From contig NMRA01000031.1 in the NCBI GenBank assembly GCA_002633005.1, positions 334,888 to 398,887 of the forward strand: a stretch of 64,000 nt of DNA. Direction: 5' to 3'. Position 1 is the first letter of the stretch. Each line of letters starts with the position of its first letter. Positions 37,501-51,560 of the stretch are shown here, piece after piece. A program made the position numbers and the translations under genes. A model generated the notes under the pieces. The model did not search any database. It saw only the letters and a program-made list of their open reading frames with translations, and was not told where the DNA came from. Origin of the DNA: Phoronis australis. Taxonomy: Eukaryota > Animalia > Phoronida.

Positions 37501-40500
37501 TTGATCTGGCACAGCTAGGCTACTACATCCATTGAACATTGGGAATTTCTGAACTTTTGCGCGAGCGTTGACAACACGAGCAGCCAAATGTTTCCTTTGC
37601 GCAGTCTCTCGCTTGGCTGCCAAGCAAAGCAAATTTCTCTGAACGTAGGAGCTGTAAAAACAACGTCTAGAAAATGTTCGAATGTTCATATGGAAGTCAG
37701 GATCAGAATGATGTGATTGGTTTCAAAAAGTGTGTTTGCAGCCTTTCAAAAAAAGCAGGACGTTTGTTGGTCATGAAAGAGTAAAAAAATCACGATTTTT
37801 CGTTCAAATACGATATGCGTAGAAAGCAGCAGTGCATTAAAATTGTGTAAGAAAAAAACGAGTTGGATTTGTCGGAAAATGTGTTCCAAAAGCGTTTAAC
37901 TCACACGCGTTGAATCAGTCGAGTACCGTACAATATGGCCATGTATTCCGTATTCACCTCCCGCACTACTTTGAAAGTGCCCTTTCACATTGGATGTTGA
38001 AAAGATAGGTCAATGTCGACTCGACGTCGTTGGCCAGTTCGATCACCAAACTTTCCGAAAATAGTTTAAAGTAATACAATTGCTGCAGTATAAATAACAC
38101 TCAACATGTAATCAGGTCCCAAACGCAACGTCTGGTGCAAAACTGTTAATTATATGACACTTCTGTCTGAGTTTTCAATTCCTAAATCTGTAAGGCGAAC
38201 GCAGTTCCATTATAAACCCTTGGTAATAAGCACGTACCTATTGTACCTGCTGAAGTATTCATATCGAACAACCTAAATCTAGAACGGTGAGCATGTGTGT
38301 GCTAAAATGATTGGAATTGTTACAGAAAATAAAAAATATCAAACGTGAAGCCAGTTCTCCTTCTAGTAGCGCTCGTTAGCCTAGCACTTTATGACGCTGA
38401 GATTTTAATATTAAAGTTTGATAACTCAAACCAAAACCAGTGCTTCTGTGTTCAAACTGTCCACAGACATGAAAATATGCACTTCCGGCTTCATTTTCGT
38501 GAAATCTGTATCGGTTTTAAGTCAGGGACAGAAAATCTGAGCGGCTACGTAAACTGTGCGAAAGATTTTTTTACCATTTCTCACGGGCTTTTTAATGCGG
38601 CCTTCCTAGATCCTTCTTAAGTTCGCAGCCACGTCGATGGTCATGACTAGCGCTCTTACGAAAGCGTTACGAAAACCCTTACGAATGGCATACAAACTTT
38701 GTATGAAATACGCAAGACGTCCATCGGTTATTTTGGGGTCAGAAGACAATTAAGTTCCAGACCACCCCCTCATTCCCCCCCCCCCACCAATTACCTTCGT
38801 CTCATCTTATTCTAGGTGCTCCTTCGCCGTTTGAGCGCCGATACTCATATGAAGTATAGGGGAAGCGCTCATCCTCTAAAGCGATGAACAGAAACGGATG
38901 CTGTCTAAGACTAGTTAACAGGCAGACAATTGACGGCGGATGCTTAGTGGCGTCGAAACTTTGTGACAACCGGCGGAATGCAAAATGGGTGTGGGGGGTG
39001 AACCTGAAGCCGGTAAAGGAAAGACTGATGGCAATTGGTCGGGAAAGAACTGGCGTCGACTAAGGCCTGTGCTCACGTTTTCTTCACCCTCTCACTAACT
39101 TTGTGAGGGTTCTGATGGCCCGTCGGCAGCAGTCCTAAGCGGGCGCCCGGGGCAAACTGCACCGTTGACCCTCGCTACTCCACCGGTGGCCAGAAAATAG
39201 TTCAGATACGTCACATAGTAACGAGCTAACAGCGGCGTTAGTGCAACTGGTATCTAATGCTATTTACTCGCTCTGTGGCACGCAGGTTTCTATGGTTAAA
39301 ATACGGCATTTGTCAAGTGAAGACCGTATGCACTCAAACATAGTTTCTCATTAAAGTGACAATTCTGGTGTCATTGTTGTATATTTTCCATCAATCTTAA
39401 GGTTACCTAAAACCCAGTATGACATGAACCAAGGTCACCGTCCCCGATTTCAGTTAATTTTACAGGATTACTGGCAGCCAGCGTCGGCCTGGGAAATCAG
39501 TGATTTTTAATTTTATCACGTAATACAATCAGTTTCGTTGTTTTTGCACCACCGGTCAACGTAGTAACTTCAAAAAGTCAATCATATGCAACAATAATCT
39601 CAAGAATGCGTTTTTCACTGATAAAACTGAGTATATCCCTTTATTAAATCTGCATGAATATAAACTCATGGTCGAGTTGGCGCGTGTGTTAAGTGTGCTG
39701 GATTGACAAGTGTCCAACAGCGACATCAAACGCTGGGACACAACTAATTGTTTGACCTTTGGGTTGCCAATCACAGTTGCTCGACAATATTATTATTATC
39801 GTCACGATTTTCGCGGAGCTTTTACTGGTCCAGTCGGAAAAACCTTGTCTCCTTCCCGCACCTACACGTATACGCAATGGACTGAAGTCTACACTTAGGT
39901 ATGCGCAATCATCATAACAGACAAACTCCGCAAACTTTTACAAAACGCTTTTGCCTGCCGTTTCAAATTTGTCCAACAGAATTAATCACGTGTTACATCT
40001 TACTCGCCTTTTACAACATGCACCCCTACACTGATACAATCATATACTCAAACACTATTTCTGACGACAAATGTCGACGTAAATCATATTTGTGAGACCT
40101 AAAACCATACTCTGGGCGAATATTTAGTATTAAACAACAGCAAGCAGAACTGTGCCGGAAAGTGCAAGGGTTGTTTAACTTGACAAGCATTAAAAATCTC
40201 ATATCGATGTACACTGTTTCCGTCTTTGTTATACAACATGGCAATTGAGCACGTTTGCTTAAAGCTAGGCGTTACAAAAGCCGGATAACTCGCTAGTTTA
40301 ACAGACGAATGAAATGTCATAATCATGATTATTTTTTTACATAGCCGTTTCACTCTAAAGTGTCAAATTGAATACACGGTGTTTTGTTACCGTTTCGTTT
40401 CATTTGAAACATGTAGAAATTTACTGCTACTTTATTGTCAGCTGAATGGGGAACGACAATTAACGACTGTGAAACTCAACGGCGCAGTAAACCCGCGCCT

Positions 40501-41177
40501 TTTATCAAAAATCATCTTTTGATTTATTCCACTTACTGGCCAGTTGCTACCTCAGAACAAACCCATTTTTATTGAAGAATTACTCGTCACGGTGGGTTAG
40601 TTTCAGTCGCCAGTGCAGTGTGGTCCTCCAGGGAAGTCCCTATAGCTCCCTATGGTATGCCGCCCATGTATAACGGCTTAATATAAATGTTAATACGACG
40701 GAGCAAAATGTTTTCGTAAACTATTCGTGAAGTCTTAATATACTTATTACCATACCTGTGTTTGTCTTAGTCAATTGAAAAGACGTCACCATCACTCAAT
40801 TTTTGTTTACCACTTTGTCAAGACCGATGTAATGAGTTTTCTTTCAGCTTTCAGCTGAGAATGACGTCATTAAGCATGAAGTGCCGTAGTAATATTGCAA
40901 GCAAATCTGAAAACACTGACTAATTGTAAAACATGTAATGATGTGCAATGCCTCACTAATGAGCTCACAATCCAACTACTTCAAGGCTTTCAGTTCACAC
41001 AATATCCGTCAGATTGTTTATTATTCCTTTAAAAGTAAAGTTCGAGGGCCACGAGGATTTCGGGTCAATGTATGCAGCATTTCCAGTAGTGTTTGCATCA
41101 CAATTTGACAGCAAGAAACACACACGTCAAGACTGACCCTCATGACTGGGTGAAATCATGTGTCCACGTAACATATA

Positions 41178-41228
41178 AACACACACGCGCGCGCACACAC
41201 GTACGCACACACACATATATATATATAT
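41178..41228. repeat. (CA)n/(CG)n/(TA)n compound microsatellite
   Basis: ACACACACGCGCGCGCACACAC...ACACATATATATATATAT. Confidence 0.85.
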
Positions 41229-42936
41229 TTATAATTCTGGGTCAAAACAGGTCTCAGTGAATCGACCAACAAAATGTAAGCGCAGGGATCAGAACGTCAA
41301 TAAATGATCAAATGTTGGCATGGCAACCATTTGAAGTTGATAATATCAAAAACATTTTAACAAAGGAATCATTATAAAACTATTGTTATCCGACGTTAGG
41401 CAAGTCTGTATGGAACAGGTAATTTACCAACTAACACCTCACATTACTGACATCCTGACGTATATTCTAGATTAAACGCTATTCCTGCATAGTGACGTAC
41501 GTTTTTGTTACGACCTAAACATAGACATCATCAAAGAGATCCCTTAGTGAAGTAAACTGTTTTAAATCTTCATGGCAGCGGAGGAATTTGTTTTTATCCA
41601 CTTTGGTTAACACAAAACGACCGATTGCCGAAAGTCTTGGCCAACACTGTCAAAACTGATAAATTTTGAATTACTTTTATACTTCTCAATCCCCACAATG
41701 ACCTGTTTGAGGAAAATCCCTTTCTTTCGTGACACGTTTTGCTTGTTTGAATAGACTAAACAGAATAGCTCAGTGATTCTCATGCGAGACAAGCCGGTCA
41801 TGTTGTTTTTTTTACTCACCTTAAATAAGTTTCCAAACAATTTCAGTGCTGCAGCCACACGATTGCCAGTGCTCAAGGCTGAATGGCCGTGGGGGGAGGC
41901 GGGGGGATTTTTTCTTTAAGTCAACANGGTAGATAAGCCCGACTCACTATGTTTGGATTTCAATTTTCGTTAAATTTTGTGGAGAGTATGTAAAATATAC
42001 ATTGTTGGAAACGAACGACAAAACAAAGATTTCCATTTTAGATTTTATTAAATAGCTACAGTGAAACAGATTTTCCCAAATATTTCAGAATCTAAATAAC
42101 CTAGAATTCCAATCGTCATTGCCAAAAATCCAATGATATCAAAATAAATAACCACAAACTTAACTGACTGAAATTTTCAGTTTTATTAAGGGCCACAAAT
42201 TCATCAGATACGAGCGTTTCGCTAAATTAATATCCATTACAAACTAATGTGCTCTTCATGACAGAAATGCGTATGATCGCTAGGTAACCAAGGAGTCATT
42301 GCATATCATCGCCATCATTTTATCTTGCACTGTGTACTTTTATCATCCTGACGTGCACTGTTGCGCTGGGAAAGATCTGTGCAGGATAACCCGGTCTTTG
42401 TTCTGCTCTATCTGTCACTGATCCACGTGTAGATGTGCTGCACTGTGACAAGCCGGAATCACAGCTTTTCAAACCACTTTGTCACTACCAAGAGAGTCAA
42501 GACAATATTCAGAATGGAAGCAATGTTCGATGCTGGCAACATGCAACTCATTGTTGTCTGAGGCCACTGAAGCCACTAACCTATGTCCGAGGCTATTTCC
42601 CAGAGGTGGCGCACCAGTGGTCGACCCTGCTGGCTGTAATCAAGCAAGTAGCCTAAGCTTGCTAGATTCAGATACATTTTACCCATGTTGTCGAAAACTA
42701 AGCTACCATTGAGTGAATGCATGGCATGTGTTTCTTATCATGATTTATGTTGTGGCACATTGTGAGTTATTGGGAATAAATGTAAAAACATATCATCTGA
42801 GAAAGCTGGCTATTAAGTTTGGTGTAGCTCAACCAAATGATGTCCCCTGACATTTCATTTGACGTGGTTCAAGAGAAAGTGGTTCATCTACTAGATGATA
42901 AAATGTACCTGAACGCCCAGTTGTCCTATGACCAGT

Positions 42937-43349
42937 GGCCGGTTGCATGAAACAGTTCCAAATAGGGACTCAACTAAGGTCCCTAAGTCTTTTTGCACAT
43001 TTGAGTCTTTATGGACGCACAGATGCAATATTTTTCTATCATTTCAACTTCATTATGAGCTCCTCTCTGGTTAATTAAATTTTCTAATAATTTAACTAAA
43101 AACTGAGCCCAGAGTTCATTGAAAATAAATAGGGACTCAGTCCTTAAATTGGGGGTGTTGCATGAAAAGACCCTTAATTATTTTCGATAATATTGACAAG
43201 TCAACGTAGAGCTCACACTCAAAAGTTGACTTAGTAATGAAACTAAAACAATACAAGAAAGGGCAATCGATGTTTTTACAAGTCCAAAAATACGCAGTAG
43301 ATTTAGGGACCTTAGTTGAATCCCTGTTTCGGATTGTGTCTGCATAGCT
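42937..43349. mobile_element. Harbinger-like MITE with ~85-bp imperfect TIRs
   Basis: AAATAGGGACTCAACTAAGGTCCCTAAGTCT vs rc AAACAGGGATTCAACTAAGGTCCCTAAATCT; GGCCGGTTGCATGAA start. Confidence 0.7.
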
Positions 43350-44185
43350 TTTTGATTCACAAACCCAACAGACAAAATTGGCAATGCTAACCAAATAAAG
43401 AACGGAGGAACAAATGTTCAGAATTTATGATGAGTAACATAAAACAGTGAAAAGACCCTTTAGCATAGAAATATTTACTTAGTGAACCTAAAATTCAAAG
43501 ACACGTTGATTGACTGGGACAGGGTCAATTCGCTGAATAGTATCACTTAATGAAGTCAAAATTCACGAGTAAAATATGCCTTGTCTTGGTTTTACAACAA
43601 AAGTAACTTTGAATACAGGTACTGGATTCCGGTCCAAAAATATTTTGCATACGCTTTGTATATCACAGTATTTAGCATACGCTTTTTATATCACAGTCTT
43701 TAGCTTATTCTTAATCAAACCGCAAATGATGTATGTTAGGAAAACATCAGTTGAAAAATAAAGTACACAAATTAATTTGACCCTAGGTCACTGAAATTAA
43801 ACCAATCTGTCTAAGACTTACACAATTTAGGGCATTGACTTCCGAAAACATTTTTTCTAAACGATCATTGTTAGATGAACTCGAGATTTCATGTTTATCA
43901 CCGGAGTTATCATATTAGAATTGATGTACGCAGTGTGATTTACAAGATAATTCAGAAGTTATGTTTTGAAAGGTCACTTGTCATGGACAATCTGCCTTAT
44001 CATTCGTCGCTGGCGCTTCCACCTCTAATTCCAATACTTCGTACTAGGTTAGGAAATTGGTATTTGATTAGTCAAAGAGGGACTTTAAAAACCGATTCGT
44101 ATCGGAAAGCGAGAAAACGAAGAGAAGAGAAAAGACAGAGCTAAGATGTTTCATTGGATGGGTACCGTGTTATTGGCTGTCTCGT

Positions 44186-44505
44186 TAATAATAATAACAA
44201 TGCCAATGACTTTGACGATAATAATGATAATAGTAATAATAATAATAATAATGATGATGGTGATAATGATGAAAATAGTAATATGCCTAGTAATAGTAGC
44301 AATAGTAATAACAATAAAACAGTAATAGTAATAATAATAATAATAATAATAATATTAATAGTAATAGAAATAGTAAAAGTAATAGTAATAACAATAAAAC
44401 AGTAATAATAATAGTAATATAAAAAGTAAAACTACAGTTACAGTGATAATAATTATAATGATAATAACAAAAATAGTAATACTAACAATACTACTAATAA
44501 TAATA
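44186..44505. repeat. Degenerate (AAT/AGT/GAT)n microsatellite
   Basis: Long run of AAT-based triplets upstream of the GPCR coding exon. Confidence 0.95.
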
Positions 44506-44925
44506 CTCTATTATTTTATTTCCGACACTAGTACTAGTTTTATCATAATTGTGATTATTATAATGTATATAAATAGCTACAAACATAAGCATGTCCTGAA
44601 AAATTTTTTAGTACTCCTCAATTTACTGTGATCAAATAATTGTTATATTCCAGGTTGAAGTTGTTGATTTTCGACCTTCGGACAGTACGCTGCGTATCTA
44701 TTGTGCTGTGTCCATTCCCGTGGGTGCACCAGAGTATTCCCTTAGTAAAATTTGTATTTTTTTTCATGCATTAATCAAATAGGACACGTTGACCAAAAGA
44801 CCCTATCATTTCTTTTTCAGAGTCGAGGCTACGTAATTTCTTGCAATCACGTAAGCGAGTGTAACAGACGACAGAAATGACTGAGTGACCACAGCTGCCG
44901 CGATTTCGCGCTCATTCTACGTCAC

Positions 44926-46131
44926 ATGACTTTTGCGCTATCAGCTCTCTGGACGATGTCTTCAACTGGAACACCTGTGGAGTCATATCTACTTTACTCC
45001 AATGGAAATGGTTCCATTTCAAACGACTTCTCCAATCACCAGCTCCAGTCTAACTGGATGTTTAATAAGGCTCTTCTCATGTATAAAGTGTGGCCAGTCA
45101 CTTTGTGTGCCATCGGAGCTCCATTGAATCTGCTTTCACTGATTATATTTCTGCAACCGACCATGCGCAAATTTTCAACCAGTATTTATCTCTGTGTATT
45201 GGCCATCTTCGACCAACTGGTTCTAGTGACGAACGCTTTGGTGATGATTAGTGAATTTTACAATACAGACCTAATGACTCGAACCTTTTGTAAAACGACG
45301 CAGTTTCTTTACAGCTTTGGCGGACACACGGCTAGCTGGCTTATAATCCTAATCTCGACTGAGCGCCTCATGGTAACCGCGTATCCGCTGAAGACCAGGA
45401 CCATCCGCACGCGCAGGAATGGCTGCATTGCTTGTGTGGGTCTTATCATCGCATTTGCCATAATAAATTTGCACATGTTTTGGACTATCGATATAAAAAT
45501 TGGCGGCCCGTCGCTTAAACGATGTGCACACAGCACGATGTACCGATCATTTCATCAAATCTGGATCTGGCTGGACATTGCATTGTTGTCCTTTGCTCCA
45601 TGCGTTATTCTGTTAACATTGAACGCGATCATTATCATGGTCATGCGCAAAACTGTACGTCTTATGCGGCGTCTGACGAACGACGCACCACGTGACATCC
45701 CTGCAGGGGGTGTCTATAGTCGTCAAATCACAAGCACGTTGATCGTGGTTTCAATTTTCTTTTTGATCTGCAGTTTTCCTTTCGCGATTCTCTATTTATA
45801 TCGTCACGTGTATTGGGAGACTCGATTCGAAACCCACGTGGAAGAACACGCACTTTATCTTCTTGTTCATCAAACTCTGCGAATGATCCATTTGTGCAAT
45901 AATGCCTGTAACTTCTTTCTTTACGCTCTAATTGGAAGGAAATTCAGAAGAGAATTTCTTACTGTTTTCACTTGTGGCAAACGTCCCGCTTTCGCGTGGA
46001 TTAGCCGTGCTACAAGTTTTCGTTTGACCAAGTTCTCAACAACAAGCATTCGTGAAAACAAAACTCTTGGGGATGCTGAGCGAAGTCGGCAGAAACAGTC
46101 TGAAAGTTTTAACCCATTACTGAAAAAGTGA
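44926..46131 (+). CDS. Rhodopsin-class (class A) peptide GPCR, FMRFamide-receptor-like, intronless CDS, 401 aa
   Basis: Seven hydrophobic segments; TM1 GAPLN, TM2 STSIYLCVLAIFD, TM3 CK...SWLIILISTERL (DRY equivalent), YPLK, TM5 FAPCVILLTLN, TM6 FLICSFP, TM7 NNACNFFLY and helix 8 KFRREF. N-terminal NGS sequon. Acceptor TTTCTTTTTCAG at 44820; AATAAA at 46744. Confidence 0.95.
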   Translation: MTFALSALWTMSSTGTPVESYLLYSNGNGSISNDFSNHQLQSNWMFNKALLMYKVWPVTLCAIGAPLNLLSLIIFLQPTMRKFSTSIYLCVLAIFDQLVLVTNALVMISEFYNTDLMTRTFCKTTQFLYSFGGHTASWLIILISTERLMVTAYPLKTRTIRTRRNGCIACVGLIIAFAIINLHMFWTIDIKIGGPSLKRCAHSTMYRSFHQIWIWLDIALLSFAPCVILLTLNAIIIMVMRKTVRLMRRLTNDAPRDIPAGGVYSRQITSTLIVVSIFFLICSFPFAILYLYRHVYWETRFETHVEEHALYLLVHQTLRMIHLCNNACNFFLYALIGRKFRREFLTVFTCGKRPAFAWISRATSFRLTKFSTTSIRENKTLGDAERSRQKQSESFNPLLKK

Positions 46132-48274
46132 ATTTGCTTTGCAGCACGGGAGTAGAGTAAAGACTACTTGTATTCTTGTTTGAAGAGAATTGTTAACTTA
46201 TGTACAGTATTTATGTATATACTGGACGATATAACCCTAAACTTAAACTCACTGAGCAACGTTGCATGCCGGTAAGACATGAGAAGCGTGCCACGTGCAA
46301 TGGAGTGATGTGAGTGATGATATCCAGCGTGTGATTTTTAAAAGACTTGGCCCTGCAGGGTTCACGAGCATCTTTTTTCATGACATGATGGTGTTTTTGA
46401 ACAATTGTCTAGATACCGGTTTCCAGTATTGTGCAGAATTGAAAGTGTGGTACAGTATTAAATTGAACTCCTTCTCAGAAGTTCAATTTAGGAGTCCAAT
46501 GGAGTCCGGGAAATCCCCAAACGTTCCTGTGCGGTCAGTTTTACATTGCTGTAATTGTGGAATCTTACGCATCCCTTATTTTTTGTCCATTGACGGGCCC
46601 ACTTGGCCAAAATCTTGGATCAGCGCCTGCTTCTTAACTTGTGTAATGTGGACGATATGTGTTTGTGGAAAGGCGCAAACTTATTTTAATAAGTTAAAAC
46701 TGAACATGTACATCATTCCGTAACAGCAGGATTATCTCCAAAGAATAAACGTCAAACATTTGCCTCCACTGTGCAAAAGTACATTTGAACACTGAATCTG
46801 AGACTCTTTCAAATGAACAGCGTATAAATACATTACTGTAGATGTTTAGTGCAATTCTGAGAACATGACGTTGTCGTCAAAATACAGTAAAAAACTAGCA
46901 ATATTTCTCATAAACTACTTTTATGTCAGGTGATGTTTCAGTAACTGGAAATCTGACTGGATGATTTCCAGCTGATCAACGGATACATCCTGCCAGCATC
47001 CATATCAGGCTTTATAGTCAGATAGCATCTAAAACTTAGACTTGTCACAGTTGTGGTCCTCAATCACACGATCACTTTTTTCGCTGCTTATTTCATAGGA
47101 CGATTCCGCAACTCTTACTGAGCTGGCCTCCTAATGGCAAGTTTCTCGCGAGTTCACTGGTAAGGTCATGCAAGCTAGACCAACACAAAATCACGCGAGT
47201 GAAAGACGAGCGTTTTTCGTCGGACTGAAATAGTAAGCATAACTGTATATAATATGGAAGCTATAATAGTTGGTTCTCTGTTCAGCTGTGAGGGTTACAT
47301 GTCGCGAAACGTCGCGCCGAATAAGTTCTTACGAATTATGAGAGCCTTCAAGGCATTCGATTGCACCGGCTGCAGCGAAAAATCGTCGCTTATATAACGG
47401 AAACAACGAATTCAATCCCACAATTCCACACCCAAACGCCATCGCCAACCAATCACTTCGGTGGCCGAAGTATTTAAATAAGCTGCCGAGCATACTGGAG
47501 AAACCACGTCCACACCAAATACAGCGAGGACAGTAGGCGAGATCGTCCGATCTTGCGAAGCCCTCCGTGAGCTTCGCTTTCATCTACCTCTCTGCTGGAG
47601 AAACATTCGCCTTTTAATCGAAAGTGCGAGGTCTTGCCAGATCTCGCTTCTCTCGCACAAAAGAATTGGTCAATGGAACGCTCTCCGTTTCCTAGAATCT
47701 GAATTGTCCGCTTTTGAGTCATATTGTGAGACCATTACTGCCTTGCTTTATTTTCATGCCGAACTCAAACCTGTTGCAACTAGGCCTATATATACGCGCA
47801 ACTAGGGTGACTAGGGCAAACACGTGACTTTCTGTTGAGTATTGTGTCCTCAATTCCTACAGTCAAAACACCCCTCGTTGGATTAAAAACATTAGGTGAG
47901 TAAATCGAGGCCCGCAAATAGATCTTACAGAGCAGTGAATCTACAATTTAACGTTCATTGTGACGTAATCTATTTTGAGTTATTTCAAAAACCAATGTGG
48001 CCAGTAGTGAAAGGCACGGCAGGTAGGCGTGGAACTTGTCACAGCTAGTCAAGTGAAATTTTGTTAACGTTTGAATCATTTTCCGTAATGTTCGTTTGGC
48101 TTACGAATAAATATAAAGTGGGAAAAGGCACACTTTGGTACTGCACGTGCGTCGTACGAACCTGTCTTAACAATGTTTTACGGAATTTGGAGTCGATAAT
48201 ATCAGGAAGACATGAGCATGAGCAGAAATCAAACTGGCGTCCCGGCAACCTGACAATTGTTTGACAACTAACTC

Positions 48275-48500
48275 CATGCGCGCACCCAGGGGGGGGGCTC
48301 AGTTTCGAGCCTCCCCCCACCATTTGGCGAAGTGGGCAAAAAGGTCCGCCTCAGAGGAACAAAAAGTCCTAGAAAACGAGACAAAAGTCCACTAAAAAGG
48401 CGCAGACGCGCAGTGAAGGTGGTACCCCCTTTTTTCTTTTTTTTTAGTCCTCCCGCTTTTTTGTCAGCAAAAGATCCACATCGGCAGAAATCCGAGCTCC
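48275..48500 (+). mobile_element. MITE family B copy (right end unclear)
   Basis: CATGCGCGCACCCAGGGG...GAAGTGGGCAAAAAGGTCC...GAAAACGAGACAAAAGTCCACTA, shared with 54119. Confidence 0.8.
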
Positions 48501-50258
48501 CCAAGCATGAGCTCCACCATCAGAAACTCGTTGCAATTTGCCCGAATATTGAATTGTGCGATAAAATTCACTGTTTCCGTTTGAAAAGCGAAAATTTCTC
48601 GTCGCAAGGGCTTTGTGAGTGTCTTGGTATCTATGGAAAGCACTCAGATCCTCGTAGTAGCCTTGTCGTGAGAATGCTTAAGTTGCTTTTAGGAAAACGT
48701 CCGAAGACGTGAATCCGTGGTCGTCTGGACACAACCACTTGTGGTCAAACAAAGTAGATACATGTACCTTTACTGTAATTTAGCACTATCCGACGTACCA
48801 AGTCGCTTTAAGTTAATTGTGTAATGTTACGTGTTTCTCATTTTCTAGTTGAAGTTGATGTCATTCGGAATGTCGTCCGGTACCACCTGCTCCGACGTAG
48901 GGTACATTGAAAACAACATAGTTATGCGCCTTGTTTGTCTATATGTTGAACGTCTGCTTATGAATGTCTCGGTACATTTATTGTTTAAAGCTGCGCTATA
49001 AATCATTTTCCGGGTGACAAAAAGTTCTTTCACTTGTTTCGTCTAAAGCATCGTCACAGCATTTTTGTCGTTTGTTTGAATTGATATTTGTAACAACAAA
49101 GCGCCTGAATTTCCTATGACGACCATACTACTTCGGCTCCTGAAACGAATACAGCGCAGTCTCAGAAAGGAACAAGCTGAGAACGATTTTATTTCGGTAA
49201 GCGGTCTAAACAAAAATTGTTTTTGATCGAATGCACAGATTACATTTCTTCCTCCCAGCCTGCTCGTCGGTTTTCATTCAAGGGGCTTACATTATCGGTT
49301 TTGCGTAACAAAAACGCATTTTCGGAGGTACTGTCGCATGGGACAAATTTCTTGAATTTATTAGGTTTAACCAGGCTATAAAAGAACAGAATCCGTTGAG
49401 GTTTCGTGATTTTATTGCAAGTCGCCAATTCTCAAAGTTCTCGGCTAGACATCGCTGAAACCAAGACCGGCGACTGTTCGAGTTAAATACGCTTAAAGTT
49501 CTGTGTGAGATTTAACTTGTCAGCAGAGCGTTATGCTTCAACAGTGGAGGTTGCAGGATCGATTTCAGAAAGTCATTTTTTCTCGCCAATAATGTCCCTT
49601 TAAGTATCATTGTGTGACAACACTGATCAGGAAAAATTAGACATGATATCTCGTAATAACGTGACATGTCACAAAAATCGATTTTCCACAGTGCAATTTC
49701 ATCATGTGTTGAACAAGCTTCAAAAGTGCCATCATGTGTCTTTTGCTTTTAGTTTAAAAAAGTTGAATTTCGTCTGTTTTGCCGTCGGACTGGACATGCT
49801 GAGGAGAGTCAAAATTTACCCATCGGCAGTTGAAGTTTCAGCGACTTATTTTCCTGTTATCAACGGCAATATTCAGGTTGTGTAGAAAATTACATTCTCT
49901 TTCAGGAAATTGAGTGATCAATTAAAGTCACTCTCATGCTATATGTTTCATAAAATATTCAAACAACCTACTGTCTCCTCCCCGACAGGCATGCGAATAT
50001 TTGTATGTTTCAGAGCTATTCAAGATTATTTTCACCTAAGCCAAACTTAATCTGTATCGAAAGTCTCTGTCAACAGTTTCATTTTTTATTTCTTTGGATA
50101 GCTCACTTATTACACAGCTTTTATAATGTGTCACGTTCAGCAGACTATCGTGCATTACAGGCAGGTGTCGTGTGTGCTCTCGAAAAAAAATATTTAAATC
50201 ATCAATTTTTGCAGCCCTGCAACAAACTAGTCATTTTGTTTGAGTCATTATGCTTGAT

Positions 50259-51560
50259 AACAACAAAAAACAACAATAACAACAACAACAACAATAATAA
50301 TAATAATAATAATAAAAATAATAATAGGACAGTGGCGTCGGAGTTTGCGAAGTAAGCTTTGCCAAAAAGGCCGACACGTTTTTAAAGCCTTCTACAGGGT
50401 CACTGCAACAGATACTATGCTTTAATTCACTACTCCTAATCAGCAAGCCTACCGATCTTCTTGAGAAATTTTGCGTGTTTTAACAGTATTAAAATACTTT
50501 TGCTATCTATGAAAGTTTTCAATGAAACTAGTTCACGTCTTTTCCAATGCTTTTGGTATGGGAAACACCGACGGACATGGCGATATGATATGTCGTCTGC
50601 CATCCAGCATTTCGAACAGCAGACTTCTGTTTCTCGACCTGTTGCTGTTTAGGTTTCCACAAATCCATTGATTGTTGTCACCTGGATTACCATTTTCAGT
50701 CCACCCAAAAGCTCTTTTGTTCTTCTACAGTCACTTCTGTTAGTCTAAAACGCTTTGCATGACCAGTCCCTTATTTTTAAAACGCAAGGGCATAAGGGAC
50801 AGGTATTTGGTTCTGGTCCTTGAAAATCGAGTTCTTCACCAATTTTAGTTAATTGGCCAGCTGCCTCATCACTCTGGATTCCAATGTGTCCGCCATGGAG
50901 CCCAGGCAATTACTGTGATACGATTATACTTACCTAAATTATTTAGATAAATGATACACAGTTGGAGAATATGCGATTTCAAAACATCATTTGACTTCTT
51001 TAAGTTCTGCTTGACGACAGGATGTCTATCGATTTTTATTTCCTTTAGTGTTTGCAAAGGCCTCTGCTTAGGAAGCAAAAGACTTTTCAGGTGGTGATAT
51101 ATCAGTTGTGTATTAAGTAGGAATATCTGCATCATCCAGTCCATTTATCCAACACTGTATCCTTTGATGGGGCTTATATTAAGGTTCCCTTCATATTCCA
51201 TATCTCCGTTTTTATTCAAAGATTTTTTCAATTTTCTTAGTTTTTACTACATCCCGATCATGCACCACAGTGAAGGTTCATTTCTAGCACTGCTACATAT
51301 ATGTGAACATGACTCTTTGTTTTCCCTGATGTACCAACTGGCTTGGCAATCCAAAGTCCCCGGGCCTGCCTGGTCAATACGAAAGGATCTTCGGAGTACC
51401 TCAGCTATCAATCGGTTCTATATTCACCAACACCTCCACTGTTTCCAGCCGTATGGTGCCAGGAAGTGGTGATGCAATCACGACATAAGCTAAACGCTGC
51501 GCCTTCTTAAGATTAAGATACAAGTTTTAAATTCCACTGACCCAGGACACACTTGAATAT
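50259..51560 (-). mobile_element. Decayed 3' part of an RNase H-bearing non-LTR retrotransposon (I group/Nimb-like) with simple-repeat tail
   Basis: Minus-strand remnants: ILRRQRL, I*APSKD (IYTDGSK-like), AEAFAN, IAWAP/HIGIQSDEAAGQLTK (RNase H WVPGH.GI.GNE.AD) and a C..C motif. Ends in a (TAT)n/(TGT)n tract at 50259-50325. Confidence 0.6.

Noticed and set aside
44154-44631. Asn-rich and Ile-rich ORFs resembling a membrane protein
   Set aside because: Translations of the (AAT)n microsatellite.
47329-47722. GC-richer stretch with overlapping 82-84-aa ORFs
   Set aside because: No domain signature could be recognised in any frame.
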